DNA of 64,000 nt from Burkholderiales bacterium (GTDB taxonomy: Bacteria > Pseudomonadota > Gammaproteobacteria > Burkholderiales > SG8-41), in contig JAIENU010000011.1 in NCBI GenBank assembly GCA_019751125.1, positions 291 through 64,290 on the forward strand. Reading direction: 5' to 3'. This document shows, piece after piece, positions 53,999 to 62,848 of this stretch. The notes beneath the pieces were generated by a model. That model was not told the origin of the DNA, did not search any database, and saw only the letters and a list, made by a program, of their open reading frames with translations. The stretch's first letter is position 1, and each line of letters starts with the position of its first letter. The position numbers were made by a program, and so were the translations under genes.

Positions 53999-54997
53999 AT
54001 GAATGTGAAGCGGATGAGCATTCGGCAATCGTTCAAGGCAATGCTGTGGGCAATGCCCGCGCTGCTCGGCGCCGCTGCGCAGGTGCAGGCGGCCGACGTG
54101 AAATATCCGGTACGGCCGATCCGCATGCTGGTCAGTTATCCGCCGGGTGGCCCCAGCGACATCGCCGCACGCATTACCGCGCAGCATTTTGTCGAGGCGA
54201 TGGGCCAGCAGGTGATCGTCGACAACCGTGGCGGTGCCGGCGGCACGCTGGCTGTCGGCATCCTGACCCAGGCCGCGCCGGACGGTTACACCACGCTGAT
54301 GTCGGCCGGCGGCGAGATCGTCATCGCGCCCAATCTGCGGCTGAAGCTGCCCTATGACCCGACGAAGGATATTCATCCCATCAGCCGGGTCGGTTCCAGC
54401 CAGCTTGTACTGGTGGTGCATCCTTCGGTGCAAGCCAAGACGGTGAAGGAGCTGATCGGGCTGGCCAAGGCCAAACCCGGCGCGATCAATTTTGCTTCGG
54501 CCGGCAGCGGCTCGACGGCGCACCTTGCCGGTGAGCAGTTCAAGTTTCTCGCCGGCGTGGATATCGTGCACATTGCCTACAAGGGTGCCGGCCCCGCACT
54601 GACCGAACTGATCGCGGGCCAGGTGCAGATGCTGATTTCGGCGTACTCCTCGGCCTTCCCGCACATCAAGGCCGGCAAGCTGCGCGCGCTGGGCGTCACC
54701 GGCACCAAACGCATCGCGTCCGCCCCGGACCTGCCGACCATCGGCGAGACGGTGTCCGGTTACGAGGTGCTGTCCTGGTACGGGCTGCATGCGCCCAGGG
54801 GCACGCCGCCGGCGATCATCAACCGGCTGCATCGCGAGATGGCGGTGATGGTGAAAAAACCCGAGGTCAGCGAGCGGCTGGTGGCGCTGGGCATTGAGCC
54901 CGAGGGCAATACGCCGGCGGAATTCATGGCCCAGATCAAGGCCGAGATCGCGGCCTGGGGCAAGGTCATCAACGCGGCAAAGATTCCGAAAGAGTGA
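53999..54997 (+). CDS. Bug/TctC-family substrate-binding protein
   Basis: Signal peptide followed by KYPVRPIRMLVSYPPGGPSD. Start set at ATG 53999. Confidence 0.9.
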   Translation: MNVKRMSIRQSFKAMLWAMPALLGAAAQVQAADVKYPVRPIRMLVSYPPGGPSDIAARITAQHFVEAMGQQVIVDNRGGAGGTLAVGILTQAAPDGYTTLMSAGGEIVIAPNLRLKLPYDPTKDIHPISRVGSSQLVLVVHPSVQAKTVKELIGLAKAKPGAINFASAGSGSTAHLAGEQFKFLAGVDIVHIAYKGAGPALTELIAGQVQMLISAYSSAFPHIKAGKLRALGVTGTKRIASAPDLPTIGETVSGYEVLSWYGLHAPRGTPPAIINRLHREMAVMVKKPEVSERLVALGIEPEGNTPAEFMAQIKAEIAAWGKVINAAKIPKE

Positions 54998-55004
54998 GGC
55001 GGGC

Positions 55005-55415
55005 TTGAGCAGCGCAGCCTGTCCCTTCTGCACCATGCCCGCGGCACGCGAGGTCGCGGGCAACACGCTGGCTTACGCCATCCGCGATACCTCGCCGGTC
55101 AGTCCCGGCCATAGCCTGGTGATTCCGCGCCGGCATGTGGCGTCCTTTTTTGACTGCACAGCGGAAGAACGCGCGGCAATGATGGCGCTGCTCGACGGGC
55201 TGAAGGGGCAACTGGAGCGCGAACACGCACCCGCACCCGCCGGCTACAACCTCGGGCTCAATGATGGCGCGGCTGCGGGGCAGACGGTGATGCATGTCCA
55301 TCTGCACCTGATGCCGCGTTACGCTGGTGATGCCGCGGATCCGCGCGGCGGTGTGCGCTGGATTTTTCCGCGGCACGCCGCCTACTGGAGCGGCAACAGC
55401 GGGGAGATCACCTAG
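55005..55415 (+). CDS. HIT-family (histidine triad) protein
   Basis: Contains CPFC near the N-terminus, SPGHSLVIPRRHV and the histidine triad HVHLHLMPR. TTG 55005 is proposed as the start. Confidence 0.8.
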   Translation: MSSAACPFCTMPAAREVAGNTLAYAIRDTSPVSPGHSLVIPRRHVASFFDCTAEERAAMMALLDGLKGQLEREHAPAPAGYNLGLNDGAAAGQTVMHVHLHLMPRYAGDAADPRGGVRWIFPRHAAYWSGNSGEIT

Positions 55416-56386
55416 CGCGCAACTGCCGCCGCGGGTGCGGTTGCGGCAGGTGTGGTCGCAGCAGGTGCGGCGGCCGGCTGGGTTGCCGGCTTGGCTGCCG
55501 GTGTCATCCGGAAGATGCGCTCGGGCGGTGTGCCGGCCACATAACGCGAACGTTCCAGTTTCGGTACGGTGGTGGCATTGCAGGTCTTGCGCAGGCGATA
55601 GGTCTGCAGCGGCGGTTTCCAGCCGCTTTTCGGCATACACACCACTTCAACACACTGGATCTGGCGCAGCCAGGCGCAGATGCTGGTTTCGGCACCCTTC
55701 TCGTCGAAGATGCGGGTGAGGAAGGGTTCATTGGGATAGAAGGGTTTGTTGTCGCCTTCCTCCGAACGCACATCCTGCAGCACGGTGTAGAAGTTGCCGT
55801 TCACCGCGAGCAGCGACAGCACCTTCTCCATGAACACGGCCAGTTCCTCGGTGTAGGAGAAACCGCCGATGACATCGCTGATCAGGTTGAACTCGCCGCC
55901 GAGGTCGGCAGCGGAGAAGGCACGCAGCGGCTTGTCGAATACATAACGCATCTGGCCGGGCTCCAGCCGCGCTTCGGTCTGGTGCCACTCCGGCATGCGC
56001 CGATCTTCGATCGACATCGCCACGGTGTCGGCCTTGCGCGGTTGCGGTTTGCTGAGTGACTGGATATCCGTGGGCGGTGCGTAGTAGTCGATCACCGCCT
56101 GGCCACGGCCGGCACCGATGTCGAGCCAGCGGTCTTTCGGGCCGAGGCGCTCGATGGCATTTTCGAAACCCGGCATCAGCGCGTGGATGTACGAAGCCAG
56201 CCCGCGGTCGATGACATAACCTTCAAGGCGCCGGTCACCGCGGCCGTGGTAGATGCTGTGCTGGCGCGACAGTTCGATTTCGAGTTGCGGCGTTGGCGGC
56301 GCCTCGGCGGCGGAAGCGGCGGCTGCACACAGGAACAGGGGCAGCAGGAGGGCGCTGCAAGACATTCGGGAGTGGATATGCATCAT
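55412..56386 (-). CDS. Signal-peptide-bearing protein with a class I SAM-methyltransferase-like motif and a Pro/Ala/Thr-rich tail
   Basis: Signal peptide MMHIHSRMSCSALLLPLFLCAAAASAA. A motif-I-like WLDIGAGRGQAVIDYY is present. The C-terminal tail is PAAKPATQPAAAPAATTPAATAPAAAVAR. Confidence 0.55.
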   Translation of the reverse strand: MMHIHSRMSCSALLLPLFLCAAAASAAEAPPTPQLEIELSRQHSIYHGRGDRRLEGYVIDRGLASYIHALMPGFENAIERLGPKDRWLDIGAGRGQAVIDYYAPPTDIQSLSKPQPRKADTVAMSIEDRRMPEWHQTEARLEPGQMRYVFDKPLRAFSAADLGGEFNLISDVIGGFSYTEELAVFMEKVLSLLAVNGNFYTVLQDVRSEEGDNKPFYPNEPFLTRIFDEKGAETSICAWLRQIQCVEVVCMPKSGWKPPLQTYRLRKTCNATTVPKLERSRYVAGTPPERIFRMTPAAKPATQPAAAPAATTPAATAPAAAVAR

Positions 56387-56393
56387 CGCTGAG

Positions 56394-56440
56394 TTTATAA
56401 ATAACTGTTTAAAAACAATGACTTATATTGTTTTGAATGG
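56394..56440 (+). repeat. AT-rich intergenic element (core AAAAACAA), copy f
   Basis: The sequence is tttataaataactgtttAAAAACAAtgacttatattgttttgaatgg, with the core at 56411-56418. Confidence 0.55.
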
Positions 56441-57436
56441 CTATTTCTTGCGTGCATCAAAAAATCGCTGTGCCGCGATCGCCGGTTCATAACTCTGCCA
56501 GGCGTAATCGAGGCGGCTGGTCGAGCTGATGCTGATCACCGCTGAAGTCAACGCACTGAGAAAATCCATCTGCTCTTCGCGGCTGGTGTCATCACGCAGG
56601 CGGAACTGCGCATCCTCATGACCGGCATTGCGGATTGAAAGTTCAGCGACGTTTTCGCGGATGCTGCGGAAAAACTGTTCGCGGCCCCGCGCCGGAAACA
56701 CTTCTTCATCGGCGCCGAGCACCAGGACGGGTTTGTTGACCTTGACCAGCGCCGCCGGCAATGCCGCACCGAAGGCGGCCGGATCGAGCATCACCGCGCC
56801 GGAAACCTGCGCGCCCTGCGCCAGCGCATAGGCCACCGCCGAAGCACCGAAGGAGTGGCCGACCAGCACGATGCGGCGCACGTCGGCATTCGGAAAATCG
56901 CTGGGCCGCTTGCGGATGAAATCGACAATACGCGCCAGCGTGCGGCCGTGGTTGATCCACGAGCCGCGGTTGGGCAGCTGCAGCACGATGCTGTTCATGC
57001 CCCAGGTCGCGAGGTGCATGCCCTGATAGGCGTGGTCGGCTTTGCCGTTGTTGTAGCCGTGGAGCAGGATCACCAGCGGTGCGTTGCGGGTTTCGCTCGA
57101 CAGGTAGAAGTCGGCGGGGATGCGTTCCTTTGCCGACAGCCGCAGGAACTGGCCTTCGCGCGTGGTCACGGTAAAGGGACCGCGCAGGCGGAACTGGTCG
57201 ACGCCGATGCGTTTTTCAACCACCTGTTCCTGCACCGCTTCACCCTCCAGCACCGGGACGGTCTTGTCGCGCGGCTGGAACACGATCGAGGTGATGCCGG
57301 TGGACGGCATCTGCGCGCAACTGCCGATCAGCAGCGCCATCGAGGCGGCGGTGATGACGGCCAGTGCGCGGTGCCAGCGGGCGGGGCGGGTGGGGTTGGC
57401 GCGGGGAATGGTTTGAGAACCGGATGGGATGGTCAT
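56441..57436 (-). CDS. Alpha/beta hydrolase lipoprotein
   Basis: Lipobox LLIGSC, a VLVGHSFGAS nucleophile elbow, and LVILLHGYNNG. Start set at ATG 57436. Confidence 0.75.
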   Translation of the reverse strand: MTIPSGSQTIPRANPTRPARWHRALAVITAASMALLIGSCAQMPSTGITSIVFQPRDKTVPVLEGEAVQEQVVEKRIGVDQFRLRGPFTVTTREGQFLRLSAKERIPADFYLSSETRNAPLVILLHGYNNGKADHAYQGMHLATWGMNSIVLQLPNRGSWINHGRTLARIVDFIRKRPSDFPNADVRRIVLVGHSFGASAVAYALAQGAQVSGAVMLDPAAFGAALPAALVKVNKPVLVLGADEEVFPARGREQFFRSIRENVAELSIRNAGHEDAQFRLRDDTSREEQMDFLSALTSAVISISSTSRLDYAWQSYEPAIAAQRFFDARKK

Positions 57437-57471
57437 CCCGCCATTTTGGCGGTACTCGACAGCCGTCGCAA

Positions 57472-58065
57472 TCAGCTGACCATGCCTTCCGTCTCGAAGC
57501 GCAGGTACAGCTCGCGGCAGACCCAGGCATCGGTGGCGGCGTAGGCAATCTGTGCCGGCGTCAGCTGGGGTGCAGCCCAATTGGTGGTCTTCGCACCCTT
57601 GGCGATACGAAAGCCGAGCAGGATGCCGGCGAGGTTGCGCACGCCGGTCTGGCCATAACCGTGGCGCTTGGCGACCACGCCGAGGTCGGTGATGCGGCGC
57701 TCCGCGAAATCGAAGCGCTGTTTCAGTGTGCGCAGGTCGTTGGCCAGTGCCACCCCGGCCTTGATGATCACGTCGCTGGCCAGCATTTCGGCGAGCAGGC
57801 GGTGGGTGTCCGGATAACGCAGCGGGAAGATGTGCACCGTGCTGGCGGTGGCCACCTGGGCAATGCTCGGCAGATAACTTTCGCCCTTGCGGAAGGCGGG
57901 CCGGGTTTCGGTATCGAAGCCGATCACGCGCTCATTGAGCACATCAAGCCGTGCGGCATGCAACTGCGCTGGGCTGGCGACAAAATTCACCGGTCCCTCG
58001 TAACGGCGCACCGGCAGTTCGTTGAGGTTTTCGCGGCTGATCTGGCGCAGCGGGTCTTCTGACAT
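57472..58065 (-). CDS. 3'-5' exonuclease domain protein (DEDD family, RNase D-like)
   Basis: VIGFDTETRP ExoI motif and a YAATDAWVCRELY ExoIII-like motif. Start set at ATG 58065. Confidence 0.8.
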   Translation of the reverse strand: MSEDPLRQISRENLNELPVRRYEGPVNFVASPAQLHAARLDVLNERVIGFDTETRPAFRKGESYLPSIAQVATASTVHIFPLRYPDTHRLLAEMLASDVIIKAGVALANDLRTLKQRFDFAERRITDLGVVAKRHGYGQTGVRNLAGILLGFRIAKGAKTTNWAAPQLTPAQIAYAATDAWVCRELYLRFETEGMVS

Positions 58066-58130
58066 GCAGCCAGAGTAACCGATGCACGGGCTGCGTGGTA
58101 TGTTTGTTTCCAGGAGTGAGGAGTGAAGGT

Positions 58131-58868
58131 ATGGGGCGTGTTGCTGTTCTGTTGCTGCTGATGTTGCTGGCCGCTTGTGGCACTGCGCCGCAGGCGCTGC
58201 CGCGTTACGGCAGCCTCGGCATGGAGCAGCGGCCGTCACCGAATCACGGCGAGCGCCGGCCGCAGTATGTGATCCTGCACCACACCACCAACAGCACCGC
58301 GGAACAGGCGCTGGCGACGCTGACCAGCCCGGCATCGGAAGTCAGCGCGCATTACCTGGTGGGCCGCGACGGCCGCATCTATTACCTGGTGGATGAATTG
58401 CGCCGCGCCTGGCATGCCGGTGATTCGTACTGGGCCGGCAACCGCGACCTCAACTCCGCCTCGATCGGCATCGAGCTCGACAATACCGGCGAGGAGCCGT
58501 TTGCCGAGGCGCAGATCGAGGCGCTGATCGTGCTGCTGCGCGACATCATCACGCGCTGGCGCATGCCGCCGCAGAACATCCTCGGCCACGGTGACGTCGC
58601 ACCCGGCCGCAAGACGGATCCCAGCGTGTGGTTTCCATGGCGCCAGCTGGCACAGGCGGGTTTGGGTTTGTGGTGCGAGCCGCCGTATCCGGAGGCGCCG
58701 CAGGGTGTGGAGGATGTGCTGCTGCTCGCCGCGCTGGGTTATGACGTCAGCCGGCCCGCTGCAGCGATTGCGGCGTTCAGGCGCCGCTGGGCGCCCTTGG
58801 CCGGTGGTGATGAGCGCTTGAGTGTCGAGGAGCGTGCGCTGCTGGCCTGCCTGCTGCAGCGGCGCTGA
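58131..58868 (+). CDS. N-acetylmuramoyl-L-alanine amidase lipoprotein (Amidase_2, AmiD/AmpD-like)
   Basis: Lipobox LLAAC. Contains PNHGERRPQYVILHHT, SAHYLVGRDGRIYYLV and RAWHAG. Confidence 0.85.
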   Translation: MGRVAVLLLLMLLAACGTAPQALPRYGSLGMEQRPSPNHGERRPQYVILHHTTNSTAEQALATLTSPASEVSAHYLVGRDGRIYYLVDELRRAWHAGDSYWAGNRDLNSASIGIELDNTGEEPFAEAQIEALIVLLRDIITRWRMPPQNILGHGDVAPGRKTDPSVWFPWRQLAQAGLGLWCEPPYPEAPQGVEDVLLLAALGYDVSRPAAAIAAFRRRWAPLAGGDERLSVEERALLACLLQRR

Positions 58869-58875
58869 AGATTGC

Positions 58876-59571
58876 CTAGCGCAGCGCTTTCAGGATATCC
58901 AGCGCCTTGCCCATACTGAAATTGTAGGTCGGCTCGCTCCACGCCTTCGGGTTGCCGCGCATCATGTAGCCGTGTTCGACACCCGGGAAGATGTGCACGC
59001 CGAGTGAAGGCTGGCGTGCGGCGCGGGCAAGATAACGTTCGCGCAGTTCCGGCGGCGCGGCATGGTCGGCATCACCCCAGATCAGGCATACCGGTTTGGT
59101 CAGGCCGTCGAGCTCATGTTCGAAATCACCCATCTGCGTGCTGTGGCAGCCGATGCCGGCATCGAAGCCGAGGCGTTTCGGGCCGATCGCGGCATAGGGG
59201 CCGCCGAAGCAGAAGCCCATCGCCGCCGCCTTGCCGTTGTGCTGCGGCAGCCCGCGCACCATCGCCAGCGTGTCGGCCATATCGGTCTCACCGGCCTTGA
59301 TCACCGGCAGCCGCGGTTGCGAGCGTTGTGCCGAACGATCATCACCGCGCGGCAGCGGGCCGGGCACGGTGCGCCAGAACAGGTCCGGTGCTGCGGCGAT
59401 GTAACCGGCCGCGGCAAACGCATCGGCGATGCCCTGGATGTCGGCATCAACACCGTGCACCGCGGAGGCCATCACCACGGCCGGTGCCTTGCCGCCGCCG
59501 GCGGGCAGTGCGAGGTAGCAGTCGAATTCACCGCCGCCGCTGCTCGATTTGATCCTGACCTGGCTGCCCAT
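58876..59571 (-). CDS. Dienelactone hydrolase family protein
   Basis: 231 aa. Contains GGEFDCYLALPAGGGKAPAVVMASAVHGVD and a MGFCFGG nucleophile motif. Confidence 0.85.
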   Translation of the reverse strand: MGSQVRIKSSSGGGEFDCYLALPAGGGKAPAVVMASAVHGVDADIQGIADAFAAAGYIAAAPDLFWRTVPGPLPRGDDRSAQRSQPRLPVIKAGETDMADTLAMVRGLPQHNGKAAAMGFCFGGPYAAIGPKRLGFDAGIGCHSTQMGDFEHELDGLTKPVCLIWGDADHAAPPELRERYLARAARQPSLGVHIFPGVEHGYMMRGNPKAWSEPTYNFSMGKALDILKALR

Positions 59572-59592
59572 GAATTGCTCCCCCCGTGTTTT

Positions 59593-59937
59593 TTATTCGA
59601 CGCCCAGCAGTTCGACTTCAAACACCAGCGTTGCATTCGGCGGAATCACGCCGCCGGCGCCGCGTGCGCCGTAACCGAGGCTGGCGGGAATGGTCAGCTT
59701 GCGCGAACCGCCGATTTTCATGCCCTGCACGCCCTCGTCCCAGCCCTTGATGACATGGCCGGCGCCGAGGGGAAATTCAAAGGGGTCGCCGCGGTCCTTG
59801 CTCGAGTCGAACTTGGTACCGTCGGTGAGCCAGCCGGTGTAGTGCACGGTGACGTATTGCCCGGCGGCGGCTTCCGCGCCGTTGCCGGCGACGAGTTCTT
59901 CGATGATCAGTCCGCTTGCGGTGGTGGTGGCTGCCAT
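59593..59937 (-). CDS. FKBP-type peptidyl-prolyl cis-trans isomerase
   Basis: Contains [56 protein letters not shown] and LVFEVELL. Confidence 0.95.
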   Translation of the reverse strand: MAATTTASGLIIEELVAGNGAEAAAGQYVTVHYTGWLTDGTKFDSSKDRGDPFEFPLGAGHVIKGWDEGVQGMKIGGSRKLTIPASLGYGARGAGGVIPPNATLVFEVELLGVE

Positions 59938-60016
59938 GATGTCTGCGCTTTCCTGTTGCTGTTGAGGTGAGCGCGCATTATGCCCTGCGCGCGCAGGCCG
60001 CGAAACCGGCCCGGCG

Positions 60017-60586
60017 TCAGTCGGGCAGCGCCTTGAGTTTCTGGTGGCGCGGCGTGGCTATTGTGATGCGGCCCCAGTCGATGCCGGTGGTGGCGCCGGT
60101 AAAGCGCACCGCGAAGTCGGCGCGGTCCCATGCGGCATATTGCACGGGGATGCGTGCGCGCATGTTTTTCGGTTTCTCGCTGCGGCTGCGTGTCGGCGGA
60201 CCGTAACGGCCCTGCAGCGCGTCCATCGCCGGCTGCTGTGCCTGCAGTCCCCAGGTGCTGACATGGATGGCTTCGATCACGCCGTTGAGGACTTCGACAT
60301 TGAGTTCGCCACGGGCATATGGCACCACATCCGGGCGCGGGAAAAACACCGCGTAATCAGTCGTGCCCCAGGCGGTTTTTGCGGTCTGCGCCGTGTTGTG
60401 GCACAGCCGCTGGGTCACCGAATGTTCGTTCGCGGCGCATGCCGGTATCGCAAAGCGGCTGCCGAGTTCGACCCCGAAGAAGGTTTTTGCCGGATCAGCG
60501 GCGTGGGCACCGCTGCTGATGATCAGCAGCAGGAAGGTGCCGAAAATGCGGGAAAGAGGCTGGCTGAATGTGTTCATAGGCGGCAT
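60017..60586 (-). CDS. Hypothetical secreted protein
   Basis: Signal peptide ...[16 protein letters not shown]. No family recognised. Confidence 0.5.
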   Translation of the reverse strand: MPPMNTFSQPLSRIFGTFLLLIISSGAHAADPAKTFFGVELGSRFAIPACAANEHSVTQRLCHNTAQTAKTAWGTTDYAVFFPRPDVVPYARGELNVEVLNGVIEAIHVSTWGLQAQQPAMDALQGRYGPPTRSRSEKPKNMRARIPVQYAAWDRADFAVRFTGATTGIDWGRITIATPRHQKLKALPD

Positions 60587-60603
60587 GATACGGCGCTTCG
60601 CTG

Positions 60604-60909
60604 ATGGCTGAACGTTTCATGTCCGCAAATTCATGGTGGGTCTATATCGTGCGCTGTGCCGACGGCAGTCTTTACACCGGCATTGCGCGGGATCTCGACA
60701 AGCGCATCGCCGCGCACAACGGCGCGGGCAGCGCCGGGGCGAGTTACACGCGGGCGCGGCGTCCGGTGCGCCTGGTCTATCGCGAGGGTGCGGACAACCG
60801 TTCGCTGGCGAGCCGCCGCGAGTACGAGATCAAGCAGCTCTCCCGCGAGGACAAACTGGCGCTGGTGCTGTCAGCCGCGGCTGCGGGCAAGGGCGGCGAT
60901 CAGCAGTAG
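60604..60909 (+). CDS. GIY-YIG nuclease family protein (UPF0213-like)
   Basis: Contains WWVYIVRCADGSLYTGIARDLDKRIAAHN...YTRARRPVRLVY...SRREYEIKQL. ATG 60619 is an alternative start. Confidence 0.85.
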   Translation: MAERFMSANSWWVYIVRCADGSLYTGIARDLDKRIAAHNGAGSAGASYTRARRPVRLVYREGADNRSLASRREYEIKQLSREDKLALVLSAAAAGKGGDQQ

Positions 60910-62040
60910 CGCGGCGAGCCCCCAGCTCAGGGCCGGCAGCAGCGTGAGCTGCGACGCAAAGCCCGGCAACTGGTGCAGTTGCAGCGCGACCACACCGATG
61001 CGCAGCAGAGCGGCGACCGCGAACATCGCGTGCATGCCTCCGCAGCTGTAACCTTCGCGGCCGGTGTGGCCCAGCGCCATCGCCGCACCAAAGGCACCGA
61101 AGATGATTGCCGCCCAGGCGGCACCGGCGATGACCTGCGCCGCGATCAGCGCCTGCAGTCCCGGTGCCTGTGCACTGGCGATCACCGCGATGACACCGAC
61201 TAGCGCACCCGCGGCCATGACCTTGAAATCGCCGTGGCGGCGGATGGCCCAGGTCAGCGGCAGCATCGCCAGATTGAAACCCACCCAGAACAGCGGCATC
61301 AGCTGGCCGAGTTCCGCCGGCGTGGCGTGGCGCAGGTACAGCGGCGCCGAGTTCAGTGCAAAGTGGACCTGAAATCCCAGTGCCACCAGCACTACGACCA
61401 GCAGGAAGGCGGCAACCGGCAGCGGCTTTGCCGGTGGCGGCGCGGCAGCGGGTGTTTCGCTGGCGAGGTGGCGTTCGGCCCAGGCCATGCCCCAGGCGGC
61501 GACGGCCACCGCGATGGCCGACAGCGCGAAGGGCAGGCGCGGATCCATGTCGCGCAGCTGGATGGTCAGGTACGGCGCCAGCGCACCGGCAACACCGAGG
61601 CCGAACAGCCAGCTGGCCGACAGCCAGGGTTTGGCGCCAGCCGCGGCGTATTTGCCGATCAGCACCAGCGGCGGTGCGCGCAGCGCCGATGAAGTGATGG
61701 TCCACACCAGCGTCAGCGCGAGCAGCAGCAGCGGACTGCCCTGGGGTGCTGCGAAGGGCAGCAGCAGGAAGGCGATGGCCGAGACCAGCGTGATCAGCCC
61801 GATCAGCGGGCCGAGGCGGCCGACCACTTGTGCCGCGCGGTCGGCCTTGGCGCCCATCGCCCAGTCGGCGAATACAAACACCAGCTGGTCGAGCAGCAAT
61901 ATCCAGATCACCGCCGACTTCGGCAGCCCTGCCTGTACCACGAGCTGCGGCAGGAAAATCACGTACACCGTCCAGGTCAGCGTGAAGAACAGCTGCAGCA
62001 GTGCAAAGACAAGACCGGTTCTGACGGTGGGGGTGTGCAT
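60871..62040 (-). CDS. MFS transporter
   Basis: 389 aa with about 12 hydrophobic segments. The convergent 3' end overlaps the GIY-YIG gene by 39 nt. Confidence 0.7.
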   Translation of the reverse strand: MHTPTVRTGLVFALLQLFFTLTWTVYVIFLPQLVVQAGLPKSAVIWILLLDQLVFVFADWAMGAKADRAAQVVGRLGPLIGLITLVSAIAFLLLPFAAPQGSPLLLLALTLVWTITSSALRAPPLVLIGKYAAAGAKPWLSASWLFGLGVAGALAPYLTIQLRDMDPRLPFALSAIAVAVAAWGMAWAERHLASETPAAAPPPAKPLPVAAFLLVVVLVALGFQVHFALNSAPLYLRHATPAELGQLMPLFWVGFNLAMLPLTWAIRRHGDFKVMAAGALVGVIAVIASAQAPGLQALIAAQVIAGAAWAAIIFGAFGAAMALGHTGREGYSCGGMHAMFAVAALLRIGVVALQLHQLPGFASQLTLLPALSWGLAALLLIAALARSRG

Positions 62041-62111
62041 GGTGTGCGCGCAGTTTGGCGATGAGTCCGGCTGCGGTCAATCGGCTACCATCGCAGGAAG
62101 GAGGAGGTCCA

Positions 62112-62804
62112 ATGAACGATATCAACAAGCCCGCAGCCGATGTGTTTGCCGCGGCGCGCACACGGCGCTCGATCCGTGCCTACAAACCCGATGCGGTACC
62201 GCCGGCGCTGCTGCGCGAGATCGTTGAACTGGGCCGCCATGCGCCCAGCGGTTCGAACATCCAGCCCTGGCGTGTGCATGTGCTGACCGGCGCGACGCTG
62301 CAGCGGCTGGGTGGCGCGATCAAATCGGCGTTTCTGAATGACGAGCCGGGCCATCACCGCGATTACGACTACTACACCGACCCGGTGTTCGAGCCCTATC
62401 TCGCGCGGCGCCGTGCCTGCGGCTGGGGTTTGTACGGCACGCTGGGCATCGGCAAGGGCGACCACGAAAAATCAAAAGCCTATCGTGCACGCAACTATGA
62501 ATTCTTCGGCGCGCCGGCGGGCCTGGTGTTCACCATCGACCGCAAGCTGGAGAAGGGCAGCTGGCTCGACTACGGCATGTTCCTGCAGACGCTGATGCTC
62601 GCGGCGCGGGCGCGCGGCCTGCATACCTGTCCCGAGGCGTCGATTGCGAGTTATCCCGATGTGGTGCGGCGCGAGCTGGGCATCAGCAGGGACTGGGTGG
62701 TGATCTGCGGCATGGCGCTGGGTTATGCCGACGAGCGTGATGTGGTGAATACCTTCCAGCCGGAACGCATCGCGCTGGAGGATTACGCGACCTTCATGGA
62801 TTAA
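62112..62804 (+). CDS. Nitroreductase family protein
   Basis: Contains RRSIRAYKPDAVP...HAPSGSNIQPWRVHVL. SD ggaggagg lies before ATG 62112. Confidence 0.85.
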   Translation: MNDINKPAADVFAAARTRRSIRAYKPDAVPPALLREIVELGRHAPSGSNIQPWRVHVLTGATLQRLGGAIKSAFLNDEPGHHRDYDYYTDPVFEPYLARRRACGWGLYGTLGIGKGDHEKSKAYRARNYEFFGAPAGLVFTIDRKLEKGSWLDYGMFLQTLMLAARARGLHTCPEASIASYPDVVRRELGISRDWVVICGMALGYADERDVVNTFQPERIALEDYATFMD

Positions 62805-62842
62805 AAATAAACCAATAAAAACAATGGCTTATGTATATTCCC
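62803..62842 (+). repeat. AT-rich intergenic element (core AAAAACAA), copy g
   Basis: The sequence is aaaaataaaccaatAAAAACAAtggcttatgtatattcc, with the core at 62817-62824. It lies between convergent genes and overlaps the nitroreductase stop codon. Confidence 0.55.
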
Positions 62843-62848
62843 CGTAAA

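Noticed and set aside
55412-55415. Overlapping convergent stop codons (CTAG) of the HIT gene and the methyltransferase-like gene.
   Set aside because: This follows trivially from a palindromic tetranucleotide. There is no evidence of regulatory significance.
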